Below, one piece after another: positions 20,819 through 33,551 of a DNA stretch of 64,000 nucleotides; positions within the stretch are counted from its first letter, which is position 1, and every line of letters begins with the position of its first letter. The notes under the pieces are model-generated. The model searched no databases. It was not told the DNA's origin and saw nothing but the letters and a program-made list of their open reading frames with translations. Both the position numbers and the translations under genes were made by a program. Source of the DNA: an uncultured Acidobacteriota bacterium (GTDB taxonomy: Bacteria > Acidobacteriota > Vicinamibacteria > Fen-336); assembly GCA_963720545.1 (NCBI GenBank), contig OY970399.1, positions 1,312,001-1,376,000 on the forward strand, written 5' to 3'.

Positions 20819-23218
20819 TCACTCGTGGCGAAGTGCGACGACGGGATCGGTGGCAGACGCGCGGTGCGCGGGCACGGCCAGTGCCGCAACCGCCACCAGC
20901 AAGGTCAGGGCGACGACACCGCTTAGCGCCGCCGGATCCCAGGGCGTGACGCCGAACAGCAGGTTGGCGATCAGGCGGGAGGCGGCGAGCGCGCAACACA
21001 AGCCGGCGGCAACTCCCGCGGCCACCAGTTTCATGCCGTCGCCGAGCACGAGGCGCGCCACCGCGCGGGCGTCGGCGCCAAGCGCCATGCGCACGCCGAT
21101 TTCCGGCAGGCGCTGCGTCACCATGTACGAGAGGACGCCGTAAAGGCCGATCGCCGCCATGCACGAGGCGAGCGCGGCGAAGGCGCCGATCAGCACCAGC
21201 AGCGTGCGGCGCGCCGAGAGCGAGGCGCTGACGCGCTCGGCCAGGCTCTCGACCGGAGCCACGGGAATCCTGGGATCGAGCTCCGCCACCGCTGCGCGCA
21301 CCAGCGCGTACACGTCCTGCTGGGAGCGCTGCGAACGCACCACTACGGTCATGAAGCTGTTCGGCACCTGCTCATGCGGCCAGTAGAGGGTGTTGCGCGC
21401 CGGCTTCGCCAGCGAGGCGAGCCGCACGTCGCCGACCACGCCCACGATCTCGGCGTCGATCTCCCGACCCCACTCCATGCCGATGTGCTTGCCGAGCGGA
21501 TCCTGGCCCGGCCAGAAAGCCTCGGCGAGCGCCTGGTTCACGATGACCACGTCGCGCGCCCCGCGCCGGTCGCTCGCGGTGAAATCGCGGCCGCGCAGGA
21601 GGGGGATGCCGTGCGCCGCGAACAGGTTGGGCGTGACGATGCGGACGTCGGCGCCCGGCTCCTCGCCCGCGCGCGGCGCCTCGCGGTCCATCGCCCGGAA
21701 GCTGGTGGCGGAGCCGGTGTCGAATGGCGCCCACGAGATGGCGCCCGCGGCCGTGACGCCGGGGCGCTTCTGCAGCGTTGCGACGAGCGCGGTGAAGAAC
21801 GCACTCTGTTTCTGTTCGTCGTCGATCGTGAGGTTGACCTGCGCCGTCTGCGCGTTCGCGGCCTCGTAGCCGGGGCTGGTGTCGGCGAGCCGCCAGAAGC
21901 TGCGCAACAGCAGGCCGGCCGCGGCCAGGCCCACGATCGAGAGCGCTATTTCACCCACCACCAGCGCGCCGCGCGCCGCCGTCTTGCCGCGGTTGCCGCC
22001 GCGCGCGCCGCGGCCTTCCTTCAGGGCCGTGGCCAGCGCCGGGCGCAACATGGTCAGCGCAGGCACCAGGCCCGCGGCGAGCGACGCCCCGAGCGCTATG
22101 GCGAGGGTGGCGCCGAGCGACGCGACGTTCATGCGCAGCGGCGCCGCGAGCACCAGCTCGGGCGGAAGCAGCGCACCCAGGAACTGCAGCGCCGCATAGC
22201 CGAGGACGATGCCGCAAAGAGCGCCGCAGGCGCCGAGCACCAAGGATTCGGCGAGCAGCTGACGCAGGAGCCGCGTGAACGAGGCGCCAAGCGCGGTGCG
22301 CAGTGCTATTTCCCGCTCGCGCGCCAGGGCGCGCGACAGCAGCAGGTTCGAGACGTTCGCGGCCGCCACCAGGAGGACCAGCGCCACCACGCCGAGCAGC
22401 GCCAGCACACCCGGCCGCGCCTCGCGCACCAGGTCCTGCTGCAGCGGAAAGACGCTGGCGCTCCAGCCGGTGTTGAACTCCGGCCGCTCGGTGACCAGTT
22501 GTGCCGCGAGCGCGCGCATTTCCTCGCGCGCCTGCATCGCGCTCGTGTCGGGACGCAGCCGGCCGACGACACGCAGCCAGCGTCCGCGGCCGTTGCGCAG
22601 GTTGGCTGTGACCTGGATCGGCTGGTAGATGTCGGTGCCCGCCACGAACGGCAGGTCGTTGCGCATCACCCCGACGATGCGCGCCTGTTTGCCGTTCACC
22701 TCGAGGGTGCGGCCGATGGCGCCAGGATCGGAGCCGAACCGCCGCTGCCAGTAGCCGGCGCCGATCAGCGCCACCTCGGCCGCGCCGTCCGCGCCGTCCT
22801 CGGCGACAAACCCGCGCCCGAGACGCGGCGCGACCCCGAGCACGTCGAAGAAGTTGGTGAACAGGAACGCAGCGGAGACGCGCTCCGGCTCGAAATCGCC
22901 CGCCACGTTGACGGCGAAGGTGTCGTCGCGGACGAAGCCGGTCATGTCGGTGAACGAGTGGTTGCGCTCGCGCCAGCGGATGAAGTTGTAGGGACCCGCG
23001 ACGTTGCGCTCGTTGCCGCTGCCGAGGTTGTGCTCCCAGATCATCGCGAGCCGCGAGGGTTCCTGGACCGGCAGCGGCCGCAACAGCACCGCCTCAACCA
23101 GGCTCACGACCGCCGCGACGCCGCCAATGCCGAGCGCCAGCGTGAGGATTGCCGCCGCCGCGAAGCCGGGGTTGTGGCGCAGCGCGCGCGCGCCGAGCGT
23201 CAGGTCCTGGAACATCAT
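20819..23218 (-). CDS. ABC permease, ADOP type (copy 4)
   Basis: Starts MMFQDLTLGARALR; same duplicated MacB_PCD/FtsX motifs. Confidence 0.92.
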   Translation of the reverse strand: MMFQDLTLGARALRHNPGFAAAAILTLALGIGGVAAVVSLVEAVLLRPLPVQEPSRLAMIWEHNLGSGNERNVAGPYNFIRWRERNHSFTDMTGFVRDDTFAVNVAGDFEPERVSAAFLFTNFFDVLGVAPRLGRGFVAEDGADGAAEVALIGAGYWQRRFGSDPGAIGRTLEVNGKQARIVGVMRNDLPFVAGTDIYQPIQVTANLRNGRGRWLRVVGRLRPDTSAMQAREEMRALAAQLVTERPEFNTGWSASVFPLQQDLVREARPGVLALLGVVALVLLVAAANVSNLLLSRALAREREIALRTALGASFTRLLRQLLAESLVLGACGALCGIVLGYAALQFLGALLPPELVLAAPLRMNVASLGATLAIALGASLAAGLVPALTMLRPALATALKEGRGARGGNRGKTAARGALVVGEIALSIVGLAAAGLLLRSFWRLADTSPGYEAANAQTAQVNLTIDDEQKQSAFFTALVATLQKRPGVTAAGAISWAPFDTGSATSFRAMDREAPRAGEEPGADVRIVTPNLFAAHGIPLLRGRDFTASDRRGARDVVIVNQALAEAFWPGQDPLGKHIGMEWGREIDAEIVGVVGDVRLASLAKPARNTLYWPHEQVPNSFMTVVVRSQRSQQDVYALVRAAVAELDPRIPVAPVESLAERVSASLSARRTLLVLIGAFAALASCMAAIGLYGVLSYMVTQRLPEIGVRMALGADARAVARLVLGDGMKLVAAGVAAGLCCALAASRLIANLLFGVTPWDPAALSGVVALTLLVAVAALAVPAHRASATDPVVALRHE

Positions 23219-25620
23219 TCCTCCCGCAGCGCGTCCACCGGGTCGAGCCGGCCGGCGCGGATCGCCGGCACCACGCAGGCGATCACCGCCGATGCCAGCA
23301 TGGCGGCGCCCATCGCCGCGAGCGTCAGCGGGTCGTTCGGCTTGACGCCGTAGAGGAGCGAAGAGATGAAGCGCGCCAGCACCGCCGCCGCCGCGAGGCC
23401 GAGCACCACGCCGAGGCCGGCGAGGCGCAGGCCGTCGGCGACCACCAGCCGCCGCAGCGTCGGCGCCGTCGCGCCCATCGCCATGCGCAGTCCGAACTCG
23501 CGGGTGCGTCGGGCGACGCGATACGCGATGACGCCGTAGAGGCCGACGGCGGCCAGGATCCAGGTGACGACGGCAAAACCGCCGAACACCGACATCTGCA
23601 GCCGCTGCGACGCGAGCGCATCGCCGAGCACCGCGCCGAGCGGCATGACGGCGGAGACGGGTTGTTCGGGATCGACCGCATGCACCTCGCGGGTGACGGC
23701 ATCGGCGAGGCTCTGCGGCGTCACCGAGGTGCGCACCACCAGGTTTTTCGGCGTGAAGTAGAAGCCCGCGAACTGCGCCTGCGGGATGTACATCTCGGGC
23801 TTGGCCGCGATCGTCATGTCCGACTGGCGGATGTCGGGAACGATGCCCGCGACCTTGGCCCAGGTGCGCTTCGGGTCGCCGCCGGTGCCGGCGCGCACGC
23901 CGTGGCCGAGCGCCTCCTGGCCCTTCAGGTAGCGCGCCACGAAGCTCTCGTTGACGAGCACCACCGGTTCGCTGAGCGAGGTGTCGCCGTCTCGGAGGTC
24001 GCGGCCGCGCACCAGCGGGCTGCCGAGCGCTTCGAAGTAGCCGGGCGTCACCACCCGGATGCTCACGATGTTCTCGCTGCCGGGCAAGGGCGTCGGCTGG
24101 CCGTCGATCAGCACGGAGGTGTTGTCGCATCCGCATTCGAACGGCAGGTGGCTGGTGTAGCCGGCAGACTGGACGCCCGGCAATGCGCGCACGCGTTCGA
24201 GGATGCGGCGGAAGAACGCGGTGCGCTCCTCGAGCGGGGCATAGGCGGGGTTCGAGACCACCGTCTCGATGCTCAGCGCGTGCCCAGGCTCGAAGCCGAG
24301 GCGCAGCGCGAGCAGCGACGAGAGCGTGCGGGTGGTGAGCCCGGCCGCGACCAGCAGGCACAAGGACAACGCCACCTCGGCAACCACCAGGCTGTCCTGC
24401 AGGCGCCGGCGCGCGCCGACCACCGACCGGTTGCCTTCGCGCAGCGCGGCTGCGGTCTCGCCATCGCCGGTCGGCACCAGGGCCAGGACCACGAGCGCCA
24501 GCAGTGCGACCGCGACGGCCGCGCCGATGATGGGCCAGCCGACCGTCACCGACGCGGCATCCGTGACCGTCTTCGGCAGGAACGGCGTCACCGCCCGGAC
24601 GATGCCCGCGCCGAGCGCGATGCCGGCTCCCGCGCCGAGGCCGGTGACCACCGCGGCTTCTGCGAGCAACAGGCTGCGCAGGTTCGCGGCGCCGGCGCCG
24701 AGCGCGCGCCGCACCGCAAGCTCGTTGCGGCGGGTGGTGAGCCGCACCAGCAGCAGGTTGACGACGTTGGCGAGCGCCACCAGCAGCACGAAGCCGACCG
24801 CGCCGCAGAGCGCGACGAGCGCCGGACGCACGCTGCCCGTGAGGTGTTCGCGCAGCGGCATGACGTTGGCGCCGAGGTTCGCGTTCTCGTCGGGATGGTC
24901 CGCGGCGAGCTGTGCCGCGATCGTCTTGATCTCGGCGTCGGCCGCGGCGACAGTGGCACGCGGCGCGAGGCGCCCGACGACGATCAGGAAGTGGTTGTGT
25001 CGGTTGGCGCGTTCTTCCGGCGTCCAGGCGAACGGCGCCAGGATGTCGGTGGTGCGGTCGGGAAACGCGAACTCCGGCGGCAGCACGCCGACGATCTCGG
25101 TGGGGCGCAGGTCGAGGCGCACGACGCGGCCGATGACGTTGGGATCGCCGCCGAAGCGCGACTGCCAGAGGCGATGGCTGATCATCGCCACCCGGCCCGC
25201 CGAGTCCTGGTCTTCGCCGGGCAGGAACGCCCGGCCGAGCAGCGGACGGGTGCCGAGCACGCCCAGCAGGTCGGCGGTGCAGGACGCGGCCTTGATCAGC
25301 TCCGGCTGGCCCGCGCCGGTGAGCGAAAGGTTGCCGCCGGTGATCGCGGCCATCGACTGGAAGCTGCGGGCGCGCGCCTTCCAGTCGAAATAGTTGGCGA
25401 CCGCCGGCGTGTCGTGCGGGAAGCCGTACTTGCTCGCGTCTTCCCAGACGATCAGCAGCCGGTCGGGATCCTGGTAGGGCAGCGGGCGGACCAGCAGCGG
25501 ATACGCGACGCTGAAGACTGCAGTGGCGGCGGCGATCGCCAGCATCAGCGGCAGGACGGCGACCGCGAGGAAGCCGGGGCGGCGAAGCAAGGCGCGCACC
25601 GCGGTGGCGAAGGATCCCAT
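23215..25620 (-). CDS. ABC permease, ADOP type (copy 3)
   Basis: LLVRPLPYQDPDRL, GLYGVIAY, DPVDALREE. Confidence 0.92.
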   Translation of the reverse strand: MGSFATAVRALLRRPGFLAVAVLPLMLAIAAATAVFSVAYPLLVRPLPYQDPDRLLIVWEDASKYGFPHDTPAVANYFDWKARARSFQSMAAITGGNLSLTGAGQPELIKAASCTADLLGVLGTRPLLGRAFLPGEDQDSAGRVAMISHRLWQSRFGGDPNVIGRVVRLDLRPTEIVGVLPPEFAFPDRTTDILAPFAWTPEERANRHNHFLIVVGRLAPRATVAAADAEIKTIAAQLAADHPDENANLGANVMPLREHLTGSVRPALVALCGAVGFVLLVALANVVNLLLVRLTTRRNELAVRRALGAGAANLRSLLLAEAAVVTGLGAGAGIALGAGIVRAVTPFLPKTVTDAASVTVGWPIIGAAVAVALLALVVLALVPTGDGETAAALREGNRSVVGARRRLQDSLVVAEVALSLCLLVAAGLTTRTLSSLLALRLGFEPGHALSIETVVSNPAYAPLEERTAFFRRILERVRALPGVQSAGYTSHLPFECGCDNTSVLIDGQPTPLPGSENIVSIRVVTPGYFEALGSPLVRGRDLRDGDTSLSEPVVLVNESFVARYLKGQEALGHGVRAGTGGDPKRTWAKVAGIVPDIRQSDMTIAAKPEMYIPQAQFAGFYFTPKNLVVRTSVTPQSLADAVTREVHAVDPEQPVSAVMPLGAVLGDALASQRLQMSVFGGFAVVTWILAAVGLYGVIAYRVARRTREFGLRMAMGATAPTLRRLVVADGLRLAGLGVVLGLAAAAVLARFISSLLYGVKPNDPLTLAAMGAAMLASAVIACVVPAIRAGRLDPVDALREE

Positions 25621-25626
25621 CTCTGT

Positions 25627-28083
<2,457 letters not shown>

Positions 28084-28110
28084 GCGGACTCCTCCAAGGG
28101 TGTGCGCCGC

Positions 28111-30606
28111 CTATTCGTAGCGAAGCGCCTTCACGGGATCGACCCGCGCGGCACGGCGCGCGGGCAGGTAGCCGGCCATGAGCGCGGCGAGCGCCAGCAC
28201 CGCGACGGCGGCCAGGTACGTGGCGGGGTCGACGGGCGACAGGCCGAAGAGCTGCGCGCGCGCCAGCCAGCCGAGGCCGAGTGCCAGCGGCAGGCCGATG
28301 GCGAGGCCGAGGCCGCACAGCAGGCCCGCGTTCAGCAGCACCAGCTTCAGGATGTCGCGGCGGGTGGCGCCGACCGCTAGTCGCACGCCCATCTCGCGGC
28401 GCCGCTGCGACACCGCATAGCTCAAGACACCGTAGAGGCCGAGGGCCGCGAGCAGCAGCGCCAGCGTGCCGTAGGCCGAGGCGAGCGCCGCGACCAGCCG
28501 CTCGATCATCAGGTTCTGGCCGATCTGCATGCGCATGGTGCGCATGCCGTCCACCGGGATGTCGCCGGCGCGCCGCTCGGCGACGCTGCGCAACGTGCCG
28601 AGCATGGCTGCCTCGTTGCCGTCGGCGCGCACGTAGAAGTTGCTGCCGCTCAGCTGCTTCACCTGCTCCGCGTACATGTAGGCCTGCGGCCTGCTCTTCT
28701 CGCGCATGGCGGAGTGCTTGAAGTCGGAGACCACGCCGATGACGTGGTACTCGATGTCGCGGCGCTTGAAGACCCGGCCCACCGGGTTCTGCCCGCCATA
28801 GAAGCGCGCCGCGAACGCATCGTTGACGATCGCCACCTGCGGCGTGTCGGGCCGGTCGCGGCCGTCGAAGTCGCGGCCGCTACGGATCGGGACCCCGAGC
28901 GTGTCGAAGAAGCCGGCGCCGACGTTGTTGATGAGCGAGTCGCGGTTGTCGCGGTCGTCCGGCGCGTTGGCACCGGGGATCTCGATGCTGCTCGACATGT
29001 CGGAGTCGGCGAGCAGCGGCACCTCGGCGAACGACACCGCGCGCACGCCGCTGATTTCGCCGAGCGCGCGCTTCATGTCGGCGTAGAAGAGGCGCTGGCG
29101 GGCGTCGTCGTAGCCGGCGAGCGACGGATCGACCGCGAAGGTGGCGAGCTGCTGCGTGTGGAAGCCGGGATCGAGAAAAGCCAGGTTGCGCAGGCTGCGC
29201 GCGAACAGGCCGGCGGCGGCGACCAGAGCCACCGACAGTGCCACCTGGCCGACAACCAGCATGGCGCGGGCGCGCCGGCCGCGGAACTGGCCCGCGCCGC
29301 CGCCGTCGCGAATTGCGCTGAACAGGTCGGTCTTCGCCGCGTGCAGCGCCGGCATCAGGCCGGCGACGAGGGCGGCCGTGACGGTCGCGGCGAGGGTGAA
29401 GGCGAGCACCCTGCCGTCTATCGCGAAGGCCAGGTCGCGGGCCAGCGCCGCGTCGGAGCTGAGGCCCAGAAGCGCGGCACCGAGGGCGCGCGCGACCACC
29501 AGGCTGAGGAGCGCGCCGGTGCCGGCGAGCACGCACGACTCGGCCAGGAACTCGCGCAGCAGCCGGCCGCTCGACGCGCCGATCGCGAGTCGCACCGCGA
29601 TCTCCTTGTTGCGCAGCGTGGCGCGCGCCAGCAGCAGGTTCGCGATGTTGAGGCAGGCGACGAGCAGCACCGCGCCGGCCGTGACCATGAGGATGGCGGT
29701 GGGCCCGCCGGCCTGTTCGCGCCAGCCGGAAGCGCCGGCGGCGCCCGGCAGCAGCGCGATCTTGCGCGCGACGAAGCGGGCGCGGAAGTCGGCCGAGTTG
29801 GTGCTGAGCGTCTTCACCTCCTCCGCCACGATCCGGCTGAAGACGAGCTGGGTGGCGGCGGTCGCCTGCTGCAGGCTCACCCCGGGCCGCAGCCGCGCCA
29901 TCGCCGTGAGGAAGTGCGCGCGGCGGTTGCTGAGCTCGGGCCACACCGGCAAGGCGACGTTCTTCATCGCCACCGAAACATAGACGTCGTTCTCGGTGCC
30001 GACCTCGAGGCCGCGGAAACCACGCGGCGCGACACCAACGATGGTCATGGGCATGGCGTTGATCTGTATCGGCGCGCCCACCACCGACTGCTGGCCGCCG
30101 AAGCGGCGCTGCCAGTAGCCGTGGCCGAGGACCACGACCGGATGCGCGCCGGGGGTGACGTCGTCGGCGGGACCCAGCAGCCTGCCCGCCGCGGGCTGCA
30201 GCCCAAGCGTGTCGAAGTAGGTGCCGGAGACGAGCTCCGCGGTGACCGTCTCGACCTTGCCCTGATAACCGGCCTGCAGCGAGGCCGGCTGATAGGCGAG
30301 CACATTCGTGAAGGCGTCCTTCACCGAGTCGCGCAGGTCGGTGAAGAGCGGATACGAGATTGTGTGCGGCGACGCCTTGTTGGCGGAGGTGTGGCCGACG
30401 TTCGGACCGCCCGGATCGATGAGCACCAGGCGGCCGGGGTCTGCAACCGGCAGTGCCCGCAGCACCAGCCGGTCGAGGATGGAGAAGATCGCGGTGTTGG
30501 CGCCGATGCCGAGCGCGAAGGTCGCGACTATGATCGCCGAGAGGCCCGGTGTCGCCAGGGCCCGCCGCGCCGCAAACCGCAGGTCCGAGACGAACGAGCC
30601 GAGCAT
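28111..30606 (-). CDS. ABC permease, ADOP type (copy 1)
   Basis: DLRFAARR, LGIGANTAIFS, DPVKALRYE. Confidence 0.92.
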   Translation of the reverse strand: MLGSFVSDLRFAARRALATPGLSAIIVATFALGIGANTAIFSILDRLVLRALPVADPGRLVLIDPGGPNVGHTSANKASPHTISYPLFTDLRDSVKDAFTNVLAYQPASLQAGYQGKVETVTAELVSGTYFDTLGLQPAAGRLLGPADDVTPGAHPVVVLGHGYWQRRFGGQQSVVGAPIQINAMPMTIVGVAPRGFRGLEVGTENDVYVSVAMKNVALPVWPELSNRRAHFLTAMARLRPGVSLQQATAATQLVFSRIVAEEVKTLSTNSADFRARFVARKIALLPGAAGASGWREQAGGPTAILMVTAGAVLLVACLNIANLLLARATLRNKEIAVRLAIGASSGRLLREFLAESCVLAGTGALLSLVVARALGAALLGLSSDAALARDLAFAIDGRVLAFTLAATVTAALVAGLMPALHAAKTDLFSAIRDGGGAGQFRGRRARAMLVVGQVALSVALVAAAGLFARSLRNLAFLDPGFHTQQLATFAVDPSLAGYDDARQRLFYADMKRALGEISGVRAVSFAEVPLLADSDMSSSIEIPGANAPDDRDNRDSLINNVGAGFFDTLGVPIRSGRDFDGRDRPDTPQVAIVNDAFAARFYGGQNPVGRVFKRRDIEYHVIGVVSDFKHSAMREKSRPQAYMYAEQVKQLSGSNFYVRADGNEAAMLGTLRSVAERRAGDIPVDGMRTMRMQIGQNLMIERLVAALASAYGTLALLLAALGLYGVLSYAVSQRRREMGVRLAVGATRRDILKLVLLNAGLLCGLGLAIGLPLALGLGWLARAQLFGLSPVDPATYLAAVAVLALAALMAGYLPARRAARVDPVKALRYE

Positions 30607-30610
30607 CGCG

Positions 30611-31327
30611 CTACGCCCGCTCGGCGGCCGCCGCCACCTCTTCCTCGACGATGCGGCCGTCGAAGAGGTGCACGGTGCGCTCCGCATAGCGCGCGAAGCG
30701 GTTGTCGTGGGTGACCATGCAGATGGTGGCGCCGCCGCGGTGCAGTTCCTTCAGCAGCTCCATCACCGCCTCGCCGTTCTTCGAGTCGAGGTTGCCGGTG
30801 GGCTCGTCGGCGAGCAGGATCGAGGGCTCGCCCACCAGCGCGCGCGCCACGGCGACGCGCTGCTGCTGGCCGCCCGACAGCTGGCTTGGCAGGTGCTTGG
30901 CGCGGTGGCCCATGCCGACGCGCTCGAGTGCCGCCTGCGCCTTCTGCTTGCGCTCGGCGGCGCCGGTGCCGCGGTAGGTCAGCGGCAGCTCGACGTTCTC
31001 GTAGACCGAGAGGTCGCCGATGAGGTTGAAGCTCTGGAAGATGAAGCCGATCTCGCGGTTGCGCACCTTGGCGCGCTGCGCCAGGGTCAGCGACTCGACC
31101 GGCTGGTTGTTGAGGACGTAGGTGCCCGACGAGGGCGAGTCGAGCAGCCCCAGGATCGAGAGCAGCGTCGACTTGCCGCAGCCCGACGGTCCGGAGATTG
31201 CGACGAACTGGCCCTTTTCGATGCCGAGGTGGATGCCCGAGAGGGCGTGCGTCTCCACGTCGTCGGTGAGGAAGACCTTCATCAGGTTGTCGAGCTTGAT
31301 CAGCGACGTTGCGCCGTTACCACCCAT
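30611..31327 (-). CDS. ABC transporter ATP-binding protein (LolD/MacB-type)
   Basis: GPSGCGKST, LSGGQQQR, LLADEPTGNLD. Confidence 0.95.
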   Translation of the reverse strand: MGGNGATSLIKLDNLMKVFLTDDVETHALSGIHLGIEKGQFVAISGPSGCGKSTLLSILGLLDSPSSGTYVLNNQPVESLTLAQRAKVRNREIGFIFQSFNLIGDLSVYENVELPLTYRGTGAAERKQKAQAALERVGMGHRAKHLPSQLSGGQQQRVAVARALVGEPSILLADEPTGNLDSKNGEAVMELLKELHRGGATICMVTHDNRFARYAERTVHLFDGRIVEEEVAAAAERA

Positions 31328-31340
31328 GCTTGGCTGCTCC

Positions 31341-32594
31341 TTAGTTGAGACGGATGCGATCGAAACCATCCCAGGCCGACGTGTCCGACAACAGGACCTG
31401 GTCGCCTTCCTTCAGACCTTCGAGAACTTCGACGCTTTGCACCGACGCCCGGCCGAGGCGCACCTTGACCCGGTTGGCCTCGCCACTCGCCGGGTCGAGA
31501 CGGAAGAGCGTGACGGTGCCCTCGCCCTGGCCCTGCGCCGGACGGCCGACATGAAGAACGTTGTCGAGCCGCGCGAGTTCGATTGTTCCGTCGACCGTGA
31601 GGTCGGGACGCGCGCCCTTCGGCATCTCACCGGTCAGCGCCACGTCCACCGTGACGGTGCCCTGCTGGACGGCGGGGTCGACGCGCGACACCTGGCCGTT
31701 GACGATGCCGTTGCGGGTGTCGACGAAGCACTTCTGGCCGATGACCACGTCTTTCGCCTGGGTCTCGGCGATGCGGATGACCGCCTTCAGCCGGGTCGGC
31801 TGGGCGACGCGTGCCAGGTTGGTTCCCGGCGTCACCTGCTGCCCCACCTCGACCGGCACCTGCTGCAGCATGCCGTCGAGGCCGGCCTTGACCTTGAGGG
31901 CCTCCACCTGGCTGCGCCGCAGCACCGCCGTGGCACGGCGCTGTTCCACGACCGTGCGCTGCACCGCGAGCTGCGCCTCGATCGCCTCGGCCCCGATCCG
32001 CAGACGCTCCTTCTCGATGCGGTTGCGGTTCGCCAGCTCCTCGGCGGCGCTGCGCGACACTTTGAGGGTGATTTCCGGGACCAGGCCCTGCTGCGCCAAT
32101 TCGGAGTCGGCGTCGGCGCGCAGCTTGGCCTGCGTGAACTCAGCTTCCACCCGGGCCGCCGTTGCGGTCTGGTCGAGCCGGCCGCTCTCGAGGCGTACCT
32201 TGAGCTCGGTGAGCTGCGCCTGCGCCGCGCGCAGCTGCTGGTCGGCGTCCTGCGCCGCGAGGTCGGCCTCGGGGTTCGTGAGCTCGAGGATCACCGAATC
32301 GGCCTTCACCATGGTGCCGGGCTCGATCAGCCGGCGCTCGACCCGGCCGTTCGTCTGCGCCGCGATCCAGCGGATGTCCACGGGCACCAGGGTGCCGAGG
32401 CCGCGTACCTGGAGCAGCAGGTCGCCGCGCTTCACCGAGTCGACGAGCACGGTGGCGCGTTCCACCGATGGCGCCGCCGGCTTGAGCCGGGAGAGTCCCA
32501 GGGTCACGAGGAGGACGGCGGCTGCCGCCAGCACTCCGTTCCTTATCCTCTTCTTCTTGCGTTTTTCGGCGAGGTCAGGCCTTTGGATGTCCAT
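31341..32594 (-). CDS. Periplasmic adaptor / membrane fusion protein (HlyD/MacA family)
   Basis: N-terminal TM anchor, barrel-sandwich, long coiled coil, GLKEGDQV C-terminal motif. Confidence 0.92.
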   Translation of the reverse strand: MDIQRPDLAEKRKKKRIRNGVLAAAAVLLVTLGLSRLKPAAPSVERATVLVDSVKRGDLLLQVRGLGTLVPVDIRWIAAQTNGRVERRLIEPGTMVKADSVILELTNPEADLAAQDADQQLRAAQAQLTELKVRLESGRLDQTATAARVEAEFTQAKLRADADSELAQQGLVPEITLKVSRSAAEELANRNRIEKERLRIGAEAIEAQLAVQRTVVEQRRATAVLRRSQVEALKVKAGLDGMLQQVPVEVGQQVTPGTNLARVAQPTRLKAVIRIAETQAKDVVIGQKCFVDTRNGIVNGQVSRVDPAVQQGTVTVDVALTGEMPKGARPDLTVDGTIELARLDNVLHVGRPAQGQGEGTVTLFRLDPASGEANRVKVRLGRASVQSVEVLEGLKEGDQVLLSDTSAWDGFDRIRLN

Positions 32595-32613
32595 ATCAGT
32601 TGTCCCGTATAGA

Positions 32614-32629
32614 ACCAAGCCCCGTGCCA
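32614..32629 (-). promoter_or_regulatory. Putative sigma54 -24/-12 promoter of the export operon
   Basis: TGGCACGGGGCTTGGT versus consensus TGGCACG-N4-TTGCW (one deviation at -12). Confidence 0.6.
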
Positions 32630-32706
32630 GCGACCGATTTCGCGGCGAACTCGTCCCGCATCACGGGCTTAGGACGCTCGCCGCCGGGAAAAGGGTGCAT
32701 TCGACC

Positions 32707-32742
32707 TGTCCGGGATCGGACAGACCTGTTCAGAACCGAAAT
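32707..32742. promoter_or_regulatory. Putative tandem enhancer (UAS) sites for an NtrC-type activator
   Basis: Perfect TGTCCG-N4-CGGACA (32707-32722) plus imperfect TGTTCA-N4-CGAAAT 20 bp further on. Confidence 0.55.
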
Positions 32743-32777
32743 GGCGGCGGCCGTTCTCAGGCCGCGACTAAAAAACG

Positions 32778-32806
32778 TTGCACGCTCCGAAAAACGACTT
32801 TACGAT
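32778..32806 (+). promoter_or_regulatory. Putative sigma70 promoter for the 32954/33552 operon
   Basis: TTGCAC-N17-TACGAT. Confidence 0.6.
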
Positions 32807-32953
32807 GCACACAACCTCGAGAAGGCGACGCGCACAACCGGCAGCGACCCTCCCTCCGCAGCCGGTCCGCAGCACCAAACATGACAGTTCCCCCGCAGTG
32901 ACCAGTCCGGCCCGCTACGCAACACCGTGAACCGTGAACGACGAGGAGGTTCG

Positions 32954-33538
32954 ATGAGAGCAAGACCCATTTTGATCGGCCTGGCGATGGCGGCATTCGC
33001 CGCGACAGCCATCCCTGCCGAGGCGACGATGCTGAAGCAGATGAACCTGGCGGATCTATCGAAGAGCGCCGACCGGATCTTCCGTGGCACGGTCACGGGA
33101 ATCGACACCAGCACCGTTCGGGCGGGCGGCGGCACGCTCCCCGTCGTCATCTACCGCTTCAAGGTGCGCGAAGCGCTGAAGGGCGAGTTCATCCGCAAGG
33201 GCGAGCAGTCGTACGCCGAAGTGCGGATGATCGGCACCATCAAGAACGAGAAGCAGGCCGGAAAAGTGCAGCACGTGTCGCTGTTCCGCGACGTGCCGCG
33301 CCTCAGCATGGGCGGCGAGTACCTGATGTTCGCGACCCGGGCCAGTGCCGTCGGCCTCTCGACCTCGGTCGGGCTCGGCCAGGGCCTGTTCCAGATCCAT
33401 GGCGTCGCCGGCAAGGAAACGGCCGTCAACTCATTCAACAACGCTGGACTCTTCTACCGGATGCCGAGCGAGGGAATGGGCCTGGGCCCGATCCCTTATA
33501 CGAAGCTCGCCGGGAAGATCCGGACTTTGGCGCGCTAG
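32954..33538 (+). CDS. Secreted hypothetical protein (beta-rich, ADxIFxGTV motif)
   Basis: GAGGAGG RBS, signal peptide ending AEA, co-oriented 13 bp upstream of the metalloprotease. Confidence 0.8.
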   Translation: MRARPILIGLAMAAFAATAIPAEATMLKQMNLADLSKSADRIFRGTVTGIDTSTVRAGGGTLPVVIYRFKVREALKGEFIRKGEQSYAEVRMIGTIKNEKQAGKVQHVSLFRDVPRLSMGGEYLMFATRASAVGLSTSVGLGQGLFQIHGVAGKETAVNSFNNAGLFYRMPSEGMGLGPIPYTKLAGKIRTLAR

Positions 33539-33551
33539 GAGACAACCAGAA

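Noticed and set aside
32881..32901. uORF MTVPPQ* in the leader of the metalloprotease operon
   Set aside because: No SD, no attenuator structure and no informative codon run.
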